Source: an uncultured Methanosarcinaceae archaeon
Lineage (GTDB): Archaea; Halobacteriota; Methanosarcinia; Methanosarcinales; Methanosarcinaceae
Direction of reading: 5' to 3'
NCBI GenBank assembly: GCA_963833425.1
Contig: CAWHXP010000013.1
Span: 128,001 to 192,000 of the forward strand
Length of the DNA: 64,000 nt
The translations under genes were made by a program, and so were the position numbers. Shown piece by piece: positions 35,257 through 46,612 of this stretch (the first letter of the stretch is position 1; the number at the start of each line of letters is the position of its first letter). The notes below the pieces were generated by a model, which was given only the letters and a program-made list of their open reading frames with translations, made no database searches and was not told the origin of the DNA.

Positions 35257-35544
35257 AACTTTCTGAAAAAGGTTATTAAATAACGAATTTACACTTAAAT
35301 CTACCTTTGCAGTCTAAAATCGAACTATGTCATGCAAACTATTGTATATATAAAATGAGATCACAAATAGTCTTTATTTATGAAATATCGGGAAAAATTT
35401 ATTTTAGACAAGTATTATCTTTTATAAGAATTATTTGTCTAAACTTTTTCTTTTTTGGCTTTATTTTCATGAGTTTTATCCGTTTTTGCATGTAAAGGAT
35501 CTAAATGTTAAAGCTAGCACATAGAATTATTTACGTTTTTTGTT

Positions 35545-36005
35545 TTCAAACCAAGAAAATTAACTGGTTTTGCAACTGTTCCCATATTTCTTCTCCTTTG
35601 CAGGGATCACTAATTCTTTTTCTGCATGACCAGATTGTGGTACTCCTGTATGTTTTCAGGAAAACCAAGAAATTTTCTGAATAAAATATATCAATACATT
35701 GTTTTTCAAGTTCAAAATCTAAAAGATTTGTCATTCCTGTGAGACACGAATTCAGAACAATGATTAATCAGTTTCAGGTTCGTTCAGAAAACGGTTTTAT
35801 TAAAATATGTACACTCAAAAATGATACGAAAATGTTTACTAATAAATTCAGGAATCAATTTCAACAAGTTTGTTCCCAACAGACGTAATACTTTTGTATT
35901 TTCCTCCAAGAGCAAAATCAGTAAAAATTTTCATGAACGAAATTATTATTTAGCGATTTAAATTCTCCGATAAACAAATGTATGCATATATTTATCAAAA
36001 TTCTC
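35545..36005 (-). mobile_element. Degenerate IS5-family 5' remnant
   Basis: DFELEKQCID and EEIWEQLQNQL fragments; end TTTATCAAAATTCTC. Confidence 0.65.
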
Positions 36006-36302
36006 ATAAAGTTAAAACAAAATATAAGATTTCTGGTGGAATGACGATATGAATAAAATATGTAATTAATTTGGTATCAATATATTAGTAAAGCAACGAT
36101 TCCTTCGGAAAATCCATAGCAAAGATATTTTGAAGAAAAACAACTGGAAGAATTGATTAAACAAAAAAATTGGGGAATAAGATATCAATATAAACAAAAT
36201 TGAGGAGATTGAGGGATCGGAGAACAAGAAGAAAATATGATTTAAAAATAATACATCATCTTAAATATGATCGTTTTATGACGAAAATAATAAAATATGT
36301 AA

Positions 36303-36377
36303 TGGGATAGCGCGGATTTGAACCGCGGTCCAAGCGTCCCAAACGCTCGAGGATGGACCAAGCTACCCTACTATCCC
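36303..36377 (-). tRNA. tRNA-Pro (anticodon UGG), no intron, CCA not encoded
   Basis: GGGATAG acceptor stem, anticodon arm GAGCG-TTTGGGA-CGCTT, T-loop GGTTCAAATCC; BRE/TATA CGAAAATTATATA upstream. Confidence 0.96.
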
Positions 36378-36649
36378 AAGGATACCTGATTCCAAAGGTT
36401 ATTCTACCTTATATAATTTTCGTTAGAATAGGCTTTGTACGTAAACTCTTTTTTGCACGAAAATTCTGGACTTACTAACAAGTTCGGGTAGGGAGGAGTA
36501 ACAAAAATTGGATTAATTTTCATACCAAATCATTAATGTTTTTAGTAGAGTACGAAGCGTATGTTGAGCTTGGGTTTGTAGCAGAAAAGTTATTATTCTT
36601 GTTTGCATGATAAGGAAATGGACTTATTTTTTTGTAAACTGAAAAATAG

Positions 36650-37065
36650 GAATTATTTATTAGATGCTTCTTTTAATTTTTCAACAATTATCTCTGCATC
36701 GTGTCCTTTAAATACATTTAAATAACTGAGAAGAAACCTTTCCAAGAAGTCGGACTTTTTGGATTCTCAAACATAGCAAGTTTGTCTTTCAAATCTGAAA
36801 TCGGAATTCCATTTTTCAGCTTTCAAAATATAAACCTGATGCACATTTACTTGGACTGGGTATATGCCATTTTTCTAAATACGAAATTCATCTAAAAAGG
36901 GTATTGAGGTGATTTCTAATAATCCTACGAAGCGTGATAATTTTTGACATAACATATTAGGAAATTACCGGGATTCGTCTTTTCCATACGTCTTTGTTTA
37001 TTTAAATTTGTACCATATACCGACGAACCGTTATCTAAAAATTCGTTCCATGTTTCTTCATTTTC
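36650..37065 (-). pseudogene. EVE-domain-like protein relic
   Basis: EETWNEFLDNGSSVYG...NPGNFLICYV...SRFVGLLEITS...FLDE...YPVQV; frameshifts and stop; 5' end replaced by an IS5 remnant (37070-37290). Confidence 0.55.
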
Positions 37066-37326
37066 TCCAAAGAATTCTCTTCTCTAGAACCCACTTTTTT
37101 TAATGAATCTACACACTATTCATGGATTATGAAGCTATTTTTTGAATCTTCTGATAATCCCAGAATATTTGTATATTATGCTATGAAGTTTATATCCAAT
37201 TTTTGACGTGCAATTCTTTTTTGCCTAGGTTCCATCTCTGCTTCTCCATGTTTTGCTTCATTTTTTCGAGGTTTATCCACTTTTGCATGTCAAAGTATAA
37301 TGACTATAATATATCTATAATATATC

Positions 37327-38327
37327 GGCTCTGTAGAAATACTCTAAATTGAACTTTTACACCAGTATCATAACTATTCAGTTATAATATTCTTCTTATT
37401 TTTTTCGCTAAAAACGAAGGAACATTCAAGATTGAAGTTTAATAAGTACATTAAATTTGTTGATACTAGTCTTGAAACTGTTCAGTCTTCGAGACTGAAG
37501 CTTTATTCCTGCAAGTATTCAAAACACGTTTATACTCAGCATCAGCTTCTTTCACTGGTTTTATTGAAAGAGTATATTAGTACAGACTATCGAGATTTTG
37601 TAGAATTTATTGACCTTATGAGCGATATAAAAGAAAAACTTGCTCTTGATAAGATTCCACATTTCACTACCCTTCAAAAGTTTGTAACTAGGATTCCCTC
37701 CTCTCTGTTTAACCTTCTTCTGTCAAGGATTCTAAAGCTGTTTTACTCATATGGAGAAAATGTCTCTGTTGCAGCGATTGACGCAACAGGATTTACGAGT
37801 TCATATGCAAGTTGTTATTATTCCAGAAAAACAGGGAAGCTTCGAAGAAGCTTCCTGAGAACTTCAATGTCAGTGGACACAAGTAAAAAGATAATATTGG
37901 GATGGAAAATTAGTCAAAAAACAGACCATGAAATCAAACATGCAAATGCTCTGATAAGGCAATCAAATAAGATGAGAAAGTCTGATTGTTATGTAATGGA
38001 TAAAGGATACGATTCAGAAAAAATACATTCTATAATTAGAGAAGAAATCAAAGCAGATTCAATTATACCTGTAAGAGAGAGAAAAAGAAAGAAAATAAGA
38101 GGTAAATATAGAAACCAGTTGAATCTGGTCTTTGACAAAATTAAATATAATCAAAGAAATATCGTGGAGACAATATTTTATGTAGTTAAAAGAAAATTAG
38201 GAGAAACACTGAGGGCAAGGAAATTCCGTTATCAAGTGAAAGAGATTAAAATTAAATTAATAATATACAACATAAACAAAAAAGTTGTAGAGGTAATTGG
38301 CATCAAATTGAGGATTTCTACAGAGCC
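37327..38327 (+). mobile_element. IS5-type element, complete (1001 bp)
   Basis: Perfect 14-bp TIRs GGCTCTGTAGAAAT / ATTTCTACAGAGCC. Confidence 0.92.
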
Positions 38328-38349
38328 AATTTATATAATATATATATAG
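37432..38349 (+). CDS. IS5 family DDE transposase
   Basis: AIDATG, VMDKGYDSE, YNQRNIVE; stop lies outside the right TIR. Confidence 0.9.
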   Translation: MKFNKYIKFVDTSLETVQSSRLKLYSCKYSKHVYTQHQLLSLVLLKEYISTDYRDFVEFIDLMSDIKEKLALDKIPHFTTLQKFVTRIPSSLFNLLLSRILKLFYSYGENVSVAAIDATGFTSSYASCYYSRKTGKLRRSFLRTSMSVDTSKKIILGWKISQKTDHEIKHANALIRQSNKMRKSDCYVMDKGYDSEKIHSIIREEIKADSIIPVRERKRKKIRGKYRNQLNLVFDKIKYNQRNIVETIFYVVKRKLGETLRARKFRYQVKEIKIKLIIYNINKKVVEVIGIKLRISTEPIYIIYI

Positions 38350-38751
38350 CGCTCTCAATCATTACTTTTTTATTTTCAAATTAAAATATTATGTTAGCTT
38401 TGTAACTGTCCCTATATTTATTTCATTGCAGTTTTAATTTATTTTTTATGAATGATCAGACTGTGGTATTGTCTGGTATGTACTCAGGAAAACCAATAAA
38501 TTTTCTGAAGATGTTTGTATTCTTCTTTAAGAGCAAAATCAGTGAGAGTCTTCATGAGTATAAATTATTTTTAAGAAACTTAAAGCTATCCAATAATAAA
38601 ACGCATAGGAATTTATTGAAATTTTCTATTGTTTTATATCCATAGGACCCTGCAGGAAATGAGAACGTCTCTTTTTCCTATCCAAACTTCATCCTGATTA
38701 TCGACTAACAAAAATAACTATATATTTTTGAAGAAATCCTTTCCAAAATCC

Positions 38752-39757
38752 CTATTTATTCCCTGAAATATGAAAATATTTCTCAAGCAGAGGTAAAACC
38801 ATTTCTTCCAGTTTTTCCTTTTCCTTAAGACTCTCAATCCAGGAGCCCGGCACTGCCTCAATTCCTAGCATAGCTCCAAGAATACTCCTGCAATACTGGC
38901 TACAGAGTCTGAGTCTCCTGTGATGTTTACTGCGGTTTGTAAAGCTTTTCTATAGTCTTTAGATAACGCAAAATACAGAAATATGCAAGGGCAAAAGCTT
39001 CATCCGGATACCAGCCCTGCCTGAGTTTCCTCAGCACATCTTCGTCCTCAATGACAGAATGAGCGATTTCGTAAGAATTTTACAGGGCTTTAGTGAATTT
39101 CTGAGAAATTCCTTCAGTTACTTAAGAATTGGTTTAAACATTTCCCAAGGTTCAACTCCATCAAGGGCTAGCTTCACGATATAAGCACCTGCAATAGATG
39201 CAGCATCTGAAATTGGGTGTGAATGAGTGATTCTGCTTGAAAATAAAGCTGCTTTGATTAGTTTTTCGGGGCTATTCCGATAAATGAAACCTAAACCCCA
39301 CCCGAATCAAGCTCCCACATGTTTTAGATTTGATCCCTGAATTGTTCCAGTGCATGCCTTCCCTAAGCTTCAGAGCTGCACCTCTAGAAGTTACTCCTGC
39401 TCTTATGTCAGGTTCTTCCAGCCAGAGAACAAGTTCTTCTGCAATATGGTCCATAAGCTCAGGAAGTTCAAGTATCTGCTCCCCTTAATAGGCTCCTTAA
39501 AAGTACAAGCATTAACTGAGTGTCATCTGTCCAGGAAGAATCTGGGAGGAGATCGAGAATCCCCTTTTCCCCGTTTCTTTAATTTCATCAAGGGTGAGAT
39601 GTTCAACAGGAAGCCCAAGAGCATCCCCGCAGGCACTGCCGAAGAGATAACCTCTTAGTTTTTTTCGATATCCAAAGTATCCTGTATATTTCCTATTCTC
39701 ATTGTTCGAACACGAATATACGGGCCTAAAAGGATCTTTGACGTAATCTCTCTTCAT
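38752..39757 (-). pseudogene. ADP-ribosylglycohydrolase, frameshifted
   Basis: GSACGDALGLPVE, WTDDTQL, SKTCGSLIR, ITHSHP, NITGDSDSVA motifs in different frames. Confidence 0.85.
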
Positions 39758-40590
39758 TTTTTCCCATAATTTCGATTATTCTATTAATTAATTTTGTACG
39801 TTTCTCAACTTGAGAATGTTTTAATATCTGTAATCTTCTTTTTAAAATATTCTCTTTGCACTATCTCGTTTAATCCTCTTATATTAGTATTCGTAATACG
39901 ATGCACATAATTGTTGCATTTTTTTCATAACAATAAGTGCCTTTGATATCAGATTGATTTTTTCTGCTATTTTACAAACCCTTCAATTTGCGATTTTTCT
40001 TTATTACTGCTGTCTTAGTAATCTGCTTTAAATTCACATACTATCTTAAATCCACCTTGAGTGACGCTCTAGTTTTAGAATTTATTCGCAGATCAGTATA
40101 CATTTGAAACAATTCCAAGCCATGAAGCAAGCTTATCTCCTTAAGAAAAATTCTTGAAATTATGTATTTAAGCAATTAGAGTCGCAGCACCAATTTTCCA
40201 ATGTTCCGAACATACATTTTGAATCTACAGAATTTTCGGTACACTGCCGGTTTTATTGATCATCTGGTACAAAATATGCTTTTTTGGCCAAAATATTAGA
40301 GAACTAGCCAGTATTCTTTGATAATTATAAATATGCAAGTTTAATTAAAAAGTATTAAATAGTGTATTTATTCCCTATTTTTTAGGGATATTTTGATAAT
40401 TAAAGCTTTTTAATATGAATTAATCGATTCAATCAGGTATTATTCGGCACTTTTATTCGATAAATTAAATCAAGTTAGGGCTTTATTAGTCAAGTTATGA
40501 TTGAAATTGGTAACTATTTGAGAATTAATTTTTATGAAAATAGTAAATCAACAATATTTTAAACAATTTAAAAAGTCCATTTAAGCTTTA

Positions 40591-41445
40591 GGTTCCGTTG
40601 CAAAAAATCCTTTCTACTGATACAATAGAATAAAAAGAAAACCAAAGATAGTAACATGCTATCTAATTCCTTTAAATGGAAGCATTATGAAGGGGAAATT
40701 ATCCTATTGAATGTAAGATGGTACTTAAAATATGCATTAAGTTATAGAAATTTAAAGGAAATGATGATAGAAAGAGGAATTCAAGTTGATCACAGTACTA
40801 TAATGAGATGGGTACATCAATATTCCCCTGAAATAGAAAAGAAGATAAGAAGACATTTAAGACCAACAAATAATTCGTAGAGAGTTGATGAAACCTATAT
40901 CAAAGTAAAAGGTAAATGGAAATATTTTTACCGAGCAGTTGACTCAAATGGAGATACAATTGATTTCATGTTAAGTTCAAAACGAAATAGAAAAGCAGCG
41001 AAGAGATTCTTTAAGAAAGCTTTAAGTTCTAATCATAATCAAATTCCAAGAGTAATAACCGTTGATAAGAATCCAGCTTATCCATCTGCTATAGATAAAC
41101 TAAAAATTGATAAAATACTACCTAAAAACGTAGGCATTCGACAAATCAAGTATTTGAATAACATTATAGAACAAGATCACAGATCTATAAAGCGAATCGT
41201 TAATCCAATGTTAGGGCTTCAGTCTTTTCGATCTGCTAATAAGACTTTAAAAGGGATTGAAGCTATAAATATGATCAAAAAAGGACAAGTAATCGATCTA
41301 AATTACTCTGTTCTTAATGAAGTCAAATACATTAATCAATTATTTGGTATAGCTTTATAATATTAGTACATTTTCCTTGAATATTTTGATTTTTATTAAT
41401 TACTTATAGATTTACATATTTTTTTGAAGTTTTTGCAACGGAACC
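40591..41445 (+). mobile_element. IS6-family element, complete ends, transposase with one in-frame TAG
   Basis: Perfect TIRs GGTTCCGTTGCAAAAA; ORF 40656..41360 interrupted only at 40878-40880 (TGG>TAG). Confidence 0.92.
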
Positions 41446-41749
41446 GCTTTTTGTTATAATCTATTAGTTGATAAAATTGAGAATAAAGGAAATATTGTAA
41501 GGTTGTTGGCAGCTACTTTAAAATCAGAGAATAATTATCCAGAAAAAATAGGGCCAAACATAGAAATTAGCGAGAAAGATTCACCGAATTCTAGCAAAGA
41601 AAATAGAGGTAAATCGAAATCCTCTCCATTTTTTAGATATACCTATAATCAGTCTTTTTTGATGATCTTTACATTAAACTTAATAAATTATTCAACAAAA
41701 TATTTCCCCTTTTGGATCTGGATTGAAAGTTTTTCGGTAATGAACTTTT

Positions 41750-42985
41750 TCATCCCACAGGCAATCCAAGTGAGTTGATCTGCTCTATAAGCTCAGTGAA
41801 ATTTTCAATTTCAAGCTCTAGAACTTCCTCTTTGGTCATACCTATTGACATTTCGCCATCTACGGAAAGACATTCCGGCCCCCTTCGAACAAGCCTATTA
41901 ACACCGTCTATTTTAAAAATTTCTTTTATTTCCATATCATGCACAAAGGCTCTGCCTGGAATAAAGACAGTCTCACTCACTTCAGTCATGTCTAGTGCTT
42001 TAAAATCTTCAATAGTAACTAGGCATCCGATGTCCTTATTTAAGGGAACAACATTTACAGTACCACCAAGGGCATTAAAGATTTCTCTCAACCTTGGGGC
42101 TGCTATCTGACCTGTAATAACAGTAGCTTTTTTTGTGACCTTAGGAAGCCTACCAAGGGCTTCAGGAACGTTTCGGATGGCAAAAGGGGAACCAATTAAA
42201 GGGTCTTCGAGTGGAGTTCCTGTGATTCTAATGGAAGGGTATTTTGCTGCAAAACTGCGTACAAGCTTTGAGAATTCTGGAACTGTGTGTGGATTTATAC
42301 CCGGCATTATAGGAGCATTGTTAAGGATCAGCCCATTTTCCGGGAAGTTTGCAAATCTCATAAGAATTGCTCCTTTTGCACCCATGATTTCAAGGTCACT
42401 AAGGGTTTTATCGAGGATTTCTCCATCATTTACTCCCGGAATAAGTACTATTGCTCCATATACATTACAGTGAGTGCAGAAGTCTCGAAGAACCTGTAAC
42501 GAAGCATCAGGTTCCGGGTCTTTCATATATTTGGCTCTTAAAGCCGAATCCGTTGCAAAGACTGTAAAACTTACTTCTGTGGTTCCATGGTCAATGTAGA
42601 AAAGAGCATCTTTAGGGTTGTTGAAACCTTTCCCACTTGTATACCCCAGATGTATCGCAGTTTTGAATTGAGACAAGAACGTAACAAGATTTCTCAGTTC
42701 GGGGTAGCAGCTTAAATCGCCTCCTCCACTGATCGTGAATTTTTTAATCTCTTTGTTCGCGAAATATAGTTTTCTTGAAGTTTCTTCCAGTACCAACTGA
42801 AGGGGTTTAAAGCCGGAGTATGCTTCCTTCACACCCCGGATGCAATAATCACACCCTTTTTTGAAAGGGAGACAGTGCTTGCAACCCAAAGGCTGAATTT
42901 CTTTTACTTTCTTAAAATAACAATATTTGCAAAAACCTCTGCAGTCTACACCGGGATTTCCACCCACATCGACAACTACTTCCAT
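41750..42985 (-). CDS. mmp10: Methanogenesis marker protein 10, radical SAM MCR arginine methyltransferase
   Basis: CRGFCKYC radical SAM motif plus second CxxC...CxxC; divergent from mcrB. Confidence 0.93.
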   Translation of the reverse strand: MEVVVDVGGNPGVDCRGFCKYCYFKKVKEIQPLGCKHCLPFKKGCDYCIRGVKEAYSGFKPLQLVLEETSRKLYFANKEIKKFTISGGGDLSCYPELRNLVTFLSQFKTAIHLGYTSGKGFNNPKDALFYIDHGTTEVSFTVFATDSALRAKYMKDPEPDASLQVLRDFCTHCNVYGAIVLIPGVNDGEILDKTLSDLEIMGAKGAILMRFANFPENGLILNNAPIMPGINPHTVPEFSKLVRSFAAKYPSIRITGTPLEDPLIGSPFAIRNVPEALGRLPKVTKKATVITGQIAAPRLREIFNALGGTVNVVPLNKDIGCLVTIEDFKALDMTEVSETVFIPGRAFVHDMEIKEIFKIDGVNRLVRRGPECLSVDGEMSIGMTKEEVLELEIENFTELIEQINSLGLPVG

Positions 42986-43251
42986 ATTAAACTTTCGTAT
43001 TATAGGAATATTACTAAAGCCTTTTGGTGTGATTCACAGGCTTGGGACGCTACATACGAAAAAGTGGACGCCTAACTCTCGTTTTATTAATAAAAAATTT
43101 AGTAGTCCTTTTTACATCTTCGATGATTTTGAGCAGTATTCGTAAATTAATTGGTCAAAAAATACCGTTTTTTTTAAATATATTTATTAGACTAATTTTT
43201 ATCTTACTACCCCAATTTTTAAAAACAATACCGATTAATTGACAGACAACA

Positions 43252-43266
43252 CAAAAGATTTAAGTA
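43252..43266 (+). promoter_or_regulatory. mcr operon BRE/TATA promoter
   Basis: CAAAAGATTTAAGTA about 135 nt upstream of the mcrB GTG, implying a leader over 100 nt. Confidence 0.65.
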
Positions 43267-43400
43267 CATTCCAAACGAATGAATTTCCATTGGGAAAGTG
43301 ACACTCAAAAGCGATTAGATACTTGATTTATTGAGTGCAAGAGCACCTTAGTAGGTGATCAATCCCATAAATGATTTTAACAAATAAGGAGGAAATTAAA

Positions 43401-44705
43401 GTGTCTGACAAAGTAGACATCTACGACGACAGAGGAAAACTGCTCGAGAGCAAAGTTGACATTATGAACCTTGCTCCAACAAGAAATGCAGCAATTAAAA
43501 AAATCATCTTGGACACCAAGAGATCTGTTGCAATCTCCATAGCAGGTATTCAAGGCGCACTTGCTAGTGGTAAAATGGGCGGAAAAGGCCGTCAGATCCT
43601 GGGTCGCGGACTCAATTATGACCTTGTTGGCAATGTTGATGGACTTGCAGCAAAGGTAAAGGATTTAGTTAAAGTCGACAGCGGAGACGATACCAATGTG
43701 AAGGTCCTTAAAGGAGGGAAGAGTCTTCTCGTTCAGGTTCCAGAGTCTCGAATGGTCGCCGGCGCAGATTATATGTCCGCAACAACAGTAGGTGCAGCAT
43801 CAGTCACCGAGGCAATTTTGGATATGTTCAAAACCGACATGTATGATGCACCCATAGTTAAAGGCGCAGTATGGGGAAGTTACCCACAAACAATGGACCT
43901 CATGGGCGGAAACGTTGCAAGTATCCTGAGCATTCCCCAGAACAACGAAGGTCTAGGTTTCTCTCTCAGGAATATCATGGCCAACCACGTGGCAGCAATC
44001 ACTAATCGGTCTGCTATAAATTCATCAGCTCTTTCTTCTATCTATGAACAGGCCGGTATTTTCGAGATGGGTGGTGCAGTCGGTATGTTCGAAAGGCATC
44101 AACTTCTTGGTCTCGCATACCAGGGCCTTAATGCCAACAATATATTATATGACGTTGTGAAGGAAAATGGAAAGACCGGTACAATGGGAACTGTTGTCCA
44201 GTCAATAGTCAACAGAGCAATTGAAGATGGAGTAATTTCAGTTGACAAAAAAGCACCTTCTGGATACAACTTCTACAAGGCAAATGACGTCCCCAAGTGG
44301 AATGCTTATGCAGCAGCCGGTACACTTGCAGCAACTCTTGTAAACTGTGGCGCAGCACGTGCAGCTCAGGGTGTTTCTGCAACACTTCTCTACTTCAATG
44401 ATATCCTTGAGAAGGAAACAGGTCTCCCGGGATGTGACTATGGTAAAGTAGAAGGTGTCGCTGTAGGGTTCTCATTCTTCAGTCACTCAATCTACGGTGG
44501 CGGTGGACCAGGTGTCTTCAATGGTAATCACGTGGTTACTAGACACTCAAGAGGATTTGCAATCCCCTGCGTATGCGCAGCAGTAGCCCTTGATGCAGGT
44601 ACCCAGATGTTCACAATCGAATCAACATCCGGCCTCATAGGTGACGTTTTTGGTGGAATCCCAGAATTCCGCGAGCCAATTAAAGCAGTCGCAGGAGCGC
44701 TCTAA
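43401..44705 (+). CDS. mcrB: Methyl-coenzyme M reductase beta subunit
   Basis: GTG start after AGGAGG; SDKVDIYDDRG...FSHSIYGGGGPG. Confidence 0.98.
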   Translation: MSDKVDIYDDRGKLLESKVDIMNLAPTRNAAIKKIILDTKRSVAISIAGIQGALASGKMGGKGRQILGRGLNYDLVGNVDGLAAKVKDLVKVDSGDDTNVKVLKGGKSLLVQVPESRMVAGADYMSATTVGAASVTEAILDMFKTDMYDAPIVKGAVWGSYPQTMDLMGGNVASILSIPQNNEGLGFSLRNIMANHVAAITNRSAINSSALSSIYEQAGIFEMGGAVGMFERHQLLGLAYQGLNANNILYDVVKENGKTGTMGTVVQSIVNRAIEDGVISVDKKAPSGYNFYKANDVPKWNAYAAAGTLAATLVNCGAARAAQGVSATLLYFNDILEKETGLPGCDYGKVEGVAVGFSFFSHSIYGGGGPGVFNGNHVVTRHSRGFAIPCVCAAVALDAGTQMFTIESTSGLIGDVFGGIPEFREPIKAVAGAL

Positions 44706-44729
44706 AAATCTATTAATTAAGGTCTATAG

Positions 44730-45224
44730 ATGTCAGACTCTGCTTCAAATACAGAAGATTTGAGTATTCAAATCGAAATTTTCCCAAATAGAATCCTGTC
44801 TCCGGAAACAGCTCAGAAGCTCATGACTGAGCTTTACAAGATAGACGGAATAATCCGCGTTATGGTGCAGGGCAACAGGTTGCCTGAAAAGGTGTCTTCT
44901 GGTCCAGGTACTGGAGAAAAGGTGGAACATCCACTAAGAAAACCTATTCAGATAGGGGATCAGGTTATTGAACTAAAGATCAGTGTAGGCAGAATCAGGG
45001 TTGAACTTTCAAACGCTGAATCGAAGGACAAAGTCAGAGAGATATGTGAAAACATTCTTCCGTTCTCTTTTGAATTCAGGGAAGGAAATTTTTTCAGGAG
45101 AAAGCCTACTGTGACTGACTATGCAAAACTTGGTCCTGAAGCTGACCCTCGTTTGCTTGGGATGGTAGATCCTAAAAGCAAGACAAATCAGTTGGCCTTC
45201 ATCGAAAAAAAAGAAAAAAAATAA
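44730..45224 (+). CDS. mcrD: MCR operon protein D
   Basis: IEIFPNRILSPETA; operon position. Confidence 0.95.
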   Translation: MSDSASNTEDLSIQIEIFPNRILSPETAQKLMTELYKIDGIIRVMVQGNRLPEKVSSGPGTGEKVEHPLRKPIQIGDQVIELKISVGRIRVELSNAESKDKVREICENILPFSFEFREGNFFRRKPTVTDYAKLGPEADPRLLGMVDPKSKTNQLAFIEKKEKK

Positions 45225-45236
45225 AGATTAATTAAA

Positions 45237-45854
45237 ATGATAGATAGGGAAACACAAATCGTTGACTGCCGATGTGGTTCAGGACTTGGCAGAGGAGGAG
45301 GACTTGCTCAGCGTGGTACTCTCGCAGAAGCCTGCCGTTCAGATGTCGTGGCTATTGCCATGAGTCCCGGCCAGAGACATATCACAAAACCCGTATGTGA
45401 GATCACGTACGGAATGAGAAAAGAAAACATTCAGGTCAGTGTGCTGGTACTCTATTCAGGTTCCGGAATTCCTGATTCAGGTATGATAACCGGATCTTTT
45501 GTACTGAGTCCGATAGAAGTTGCACAAATTGAAATGCACAAGCTGGCAGTTATCCACCTCGGAAATATCAAGGACCACGTAATTAGGAAAACTAGGGAAA
45601 TCTTGAGCCAGGCTAATATACCAGCAATTGTCGTCAGTCAGATTTCGGTAGATTTTGAGGATTTTGCAGAAGCAGGGATAAAGACAAGATTAGTGATGCC
45701 AAGGGATGAAAATATTTGTACAAAAGGAATTGTGATGAATATTGTGAGTGGGGTTACACGCGGTGACTCCTGTCCCAGGGATAAACTAAACTTAATCGTG
45801 AAATATGTCAAGACAACATTAGACCATTTAGAAAATCACAAAGGAGTTGCATGA
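45237..45854 (+). CDS. mcrC: MCR operon protein C
   Basis: VDCRCGSGLGRGGGLAQRG, HITKPVCEIT. Confidence 0.95.
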   Translation: MIDRETQIVDCRCGSGLGRGGGLAQRGTLAEACRSDVVAIAMSPGQRHITKPVCEITYGMRKENIQVSVLVLYSGSGIPDSGMITGSFVLSPIEVAQIEMHKLAVIHLGNIKDHVIRKTREILSQANIPAIVVSQISVDFEDFAEAGIKTRLVMPRDENICTKGIVMNIVSGVTRGDSCPRDKLNLIVKYVKTTLDHLENHKGVA

Positions 45855-45855
45855 A

Positions 45856-46602
45856 ATGGTATATAAACCACAATTTTATCCAGGAGCGACCTCAGTTGGC
45901 GCTAACAGAAGAAAGCACATGTCTGGAAAACTTGAAAAACTCAGGGAAATTTCAGACGAAGACTTAACCGCAATTCTCGGACACCGTGCACCAGGAAGCG
46001 ACTATCCAAGCACCCACCCACCACTTGCAGAAATGGGAGAGCCCGCATGCTCGACTCGTGAAATTGTCGAAGCTACCCCAGGCGCAAAGGCCGGTGACAG
46101 AGTCAGATACGTTCAATTTACTGACTCTATGTATAATGCCCCAGCTACCCCGTACTTCAGATCATACTTCGCGGCAATCAACTTCAGAGGTGTAGATCCA
46201 GGTACCCTTTCTGGTCGTCAGATCGTCGAAGCTCGTGAGAGAGACATGGAAAAGTGTGCAAAGGTTCAGGTGGAGACCGAAATTAGTGACCATGCACTCT
46301 GCGGTGTGCGTGGTGCAACAGTGCACGGCCACTCAGTCCGTCTCCAGGAAGATGGTGTAATGTTTGATATGCTCGACAGGAGAAGACTCGAAGGCGGCAA
46401 CATCATCATGGACAAGGACCAAGTTGCAATTCCACTCGACAGGAAAGTAAACCTTGGAAAGCCTATGTCTGAAGAAGAAGCTGCAAAGAGGACTACCATC
46501 TACCGTGTGGACAATGTGGCCTTCAAGGACGACCCAGAAGTCGTTGAATGGGTACACAGAATATTCGATAACAGGACTAAGTACGGATTCCAGCCTAAAT
46601 GA
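45856..46602 (+). CDS. mcrG: Methyl-coenzyme M reductase gamma subunit
   Basis: [22 protein letters not shown]. Confidence 0.98.
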   Translation: MVYKPQFYPGATSVGANRRKHMSGKLEKLREISDEDLTAILGHRAPGSDYPSTHPPLAEMGEPACSTREIVEATPGAKAGDRVRYVQFTDSMYNAPATPYFRSYFAAINFRGVDPGTLSGRQIVEARERDMEKCAKVQVETEISDHALCGVRGATVHGHSVRLQEDGVMFDMLDRRRLEGGNIIMDKDQVAIPLDRKVNLGKPMSEEEAAKRTTIYRVDNVAFKDDPEVVEWVHRIFDNRTKYGFQPK

Positions 46603-46612
46603 GGTGACCACA

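Noticed and set aside
46454..46612. N-terminal extension of McrA in the ORF track (624 aa)
   Set aside because: Overlaps mcrG; the real start is ATG 46613 after the GAGGTGA RBS
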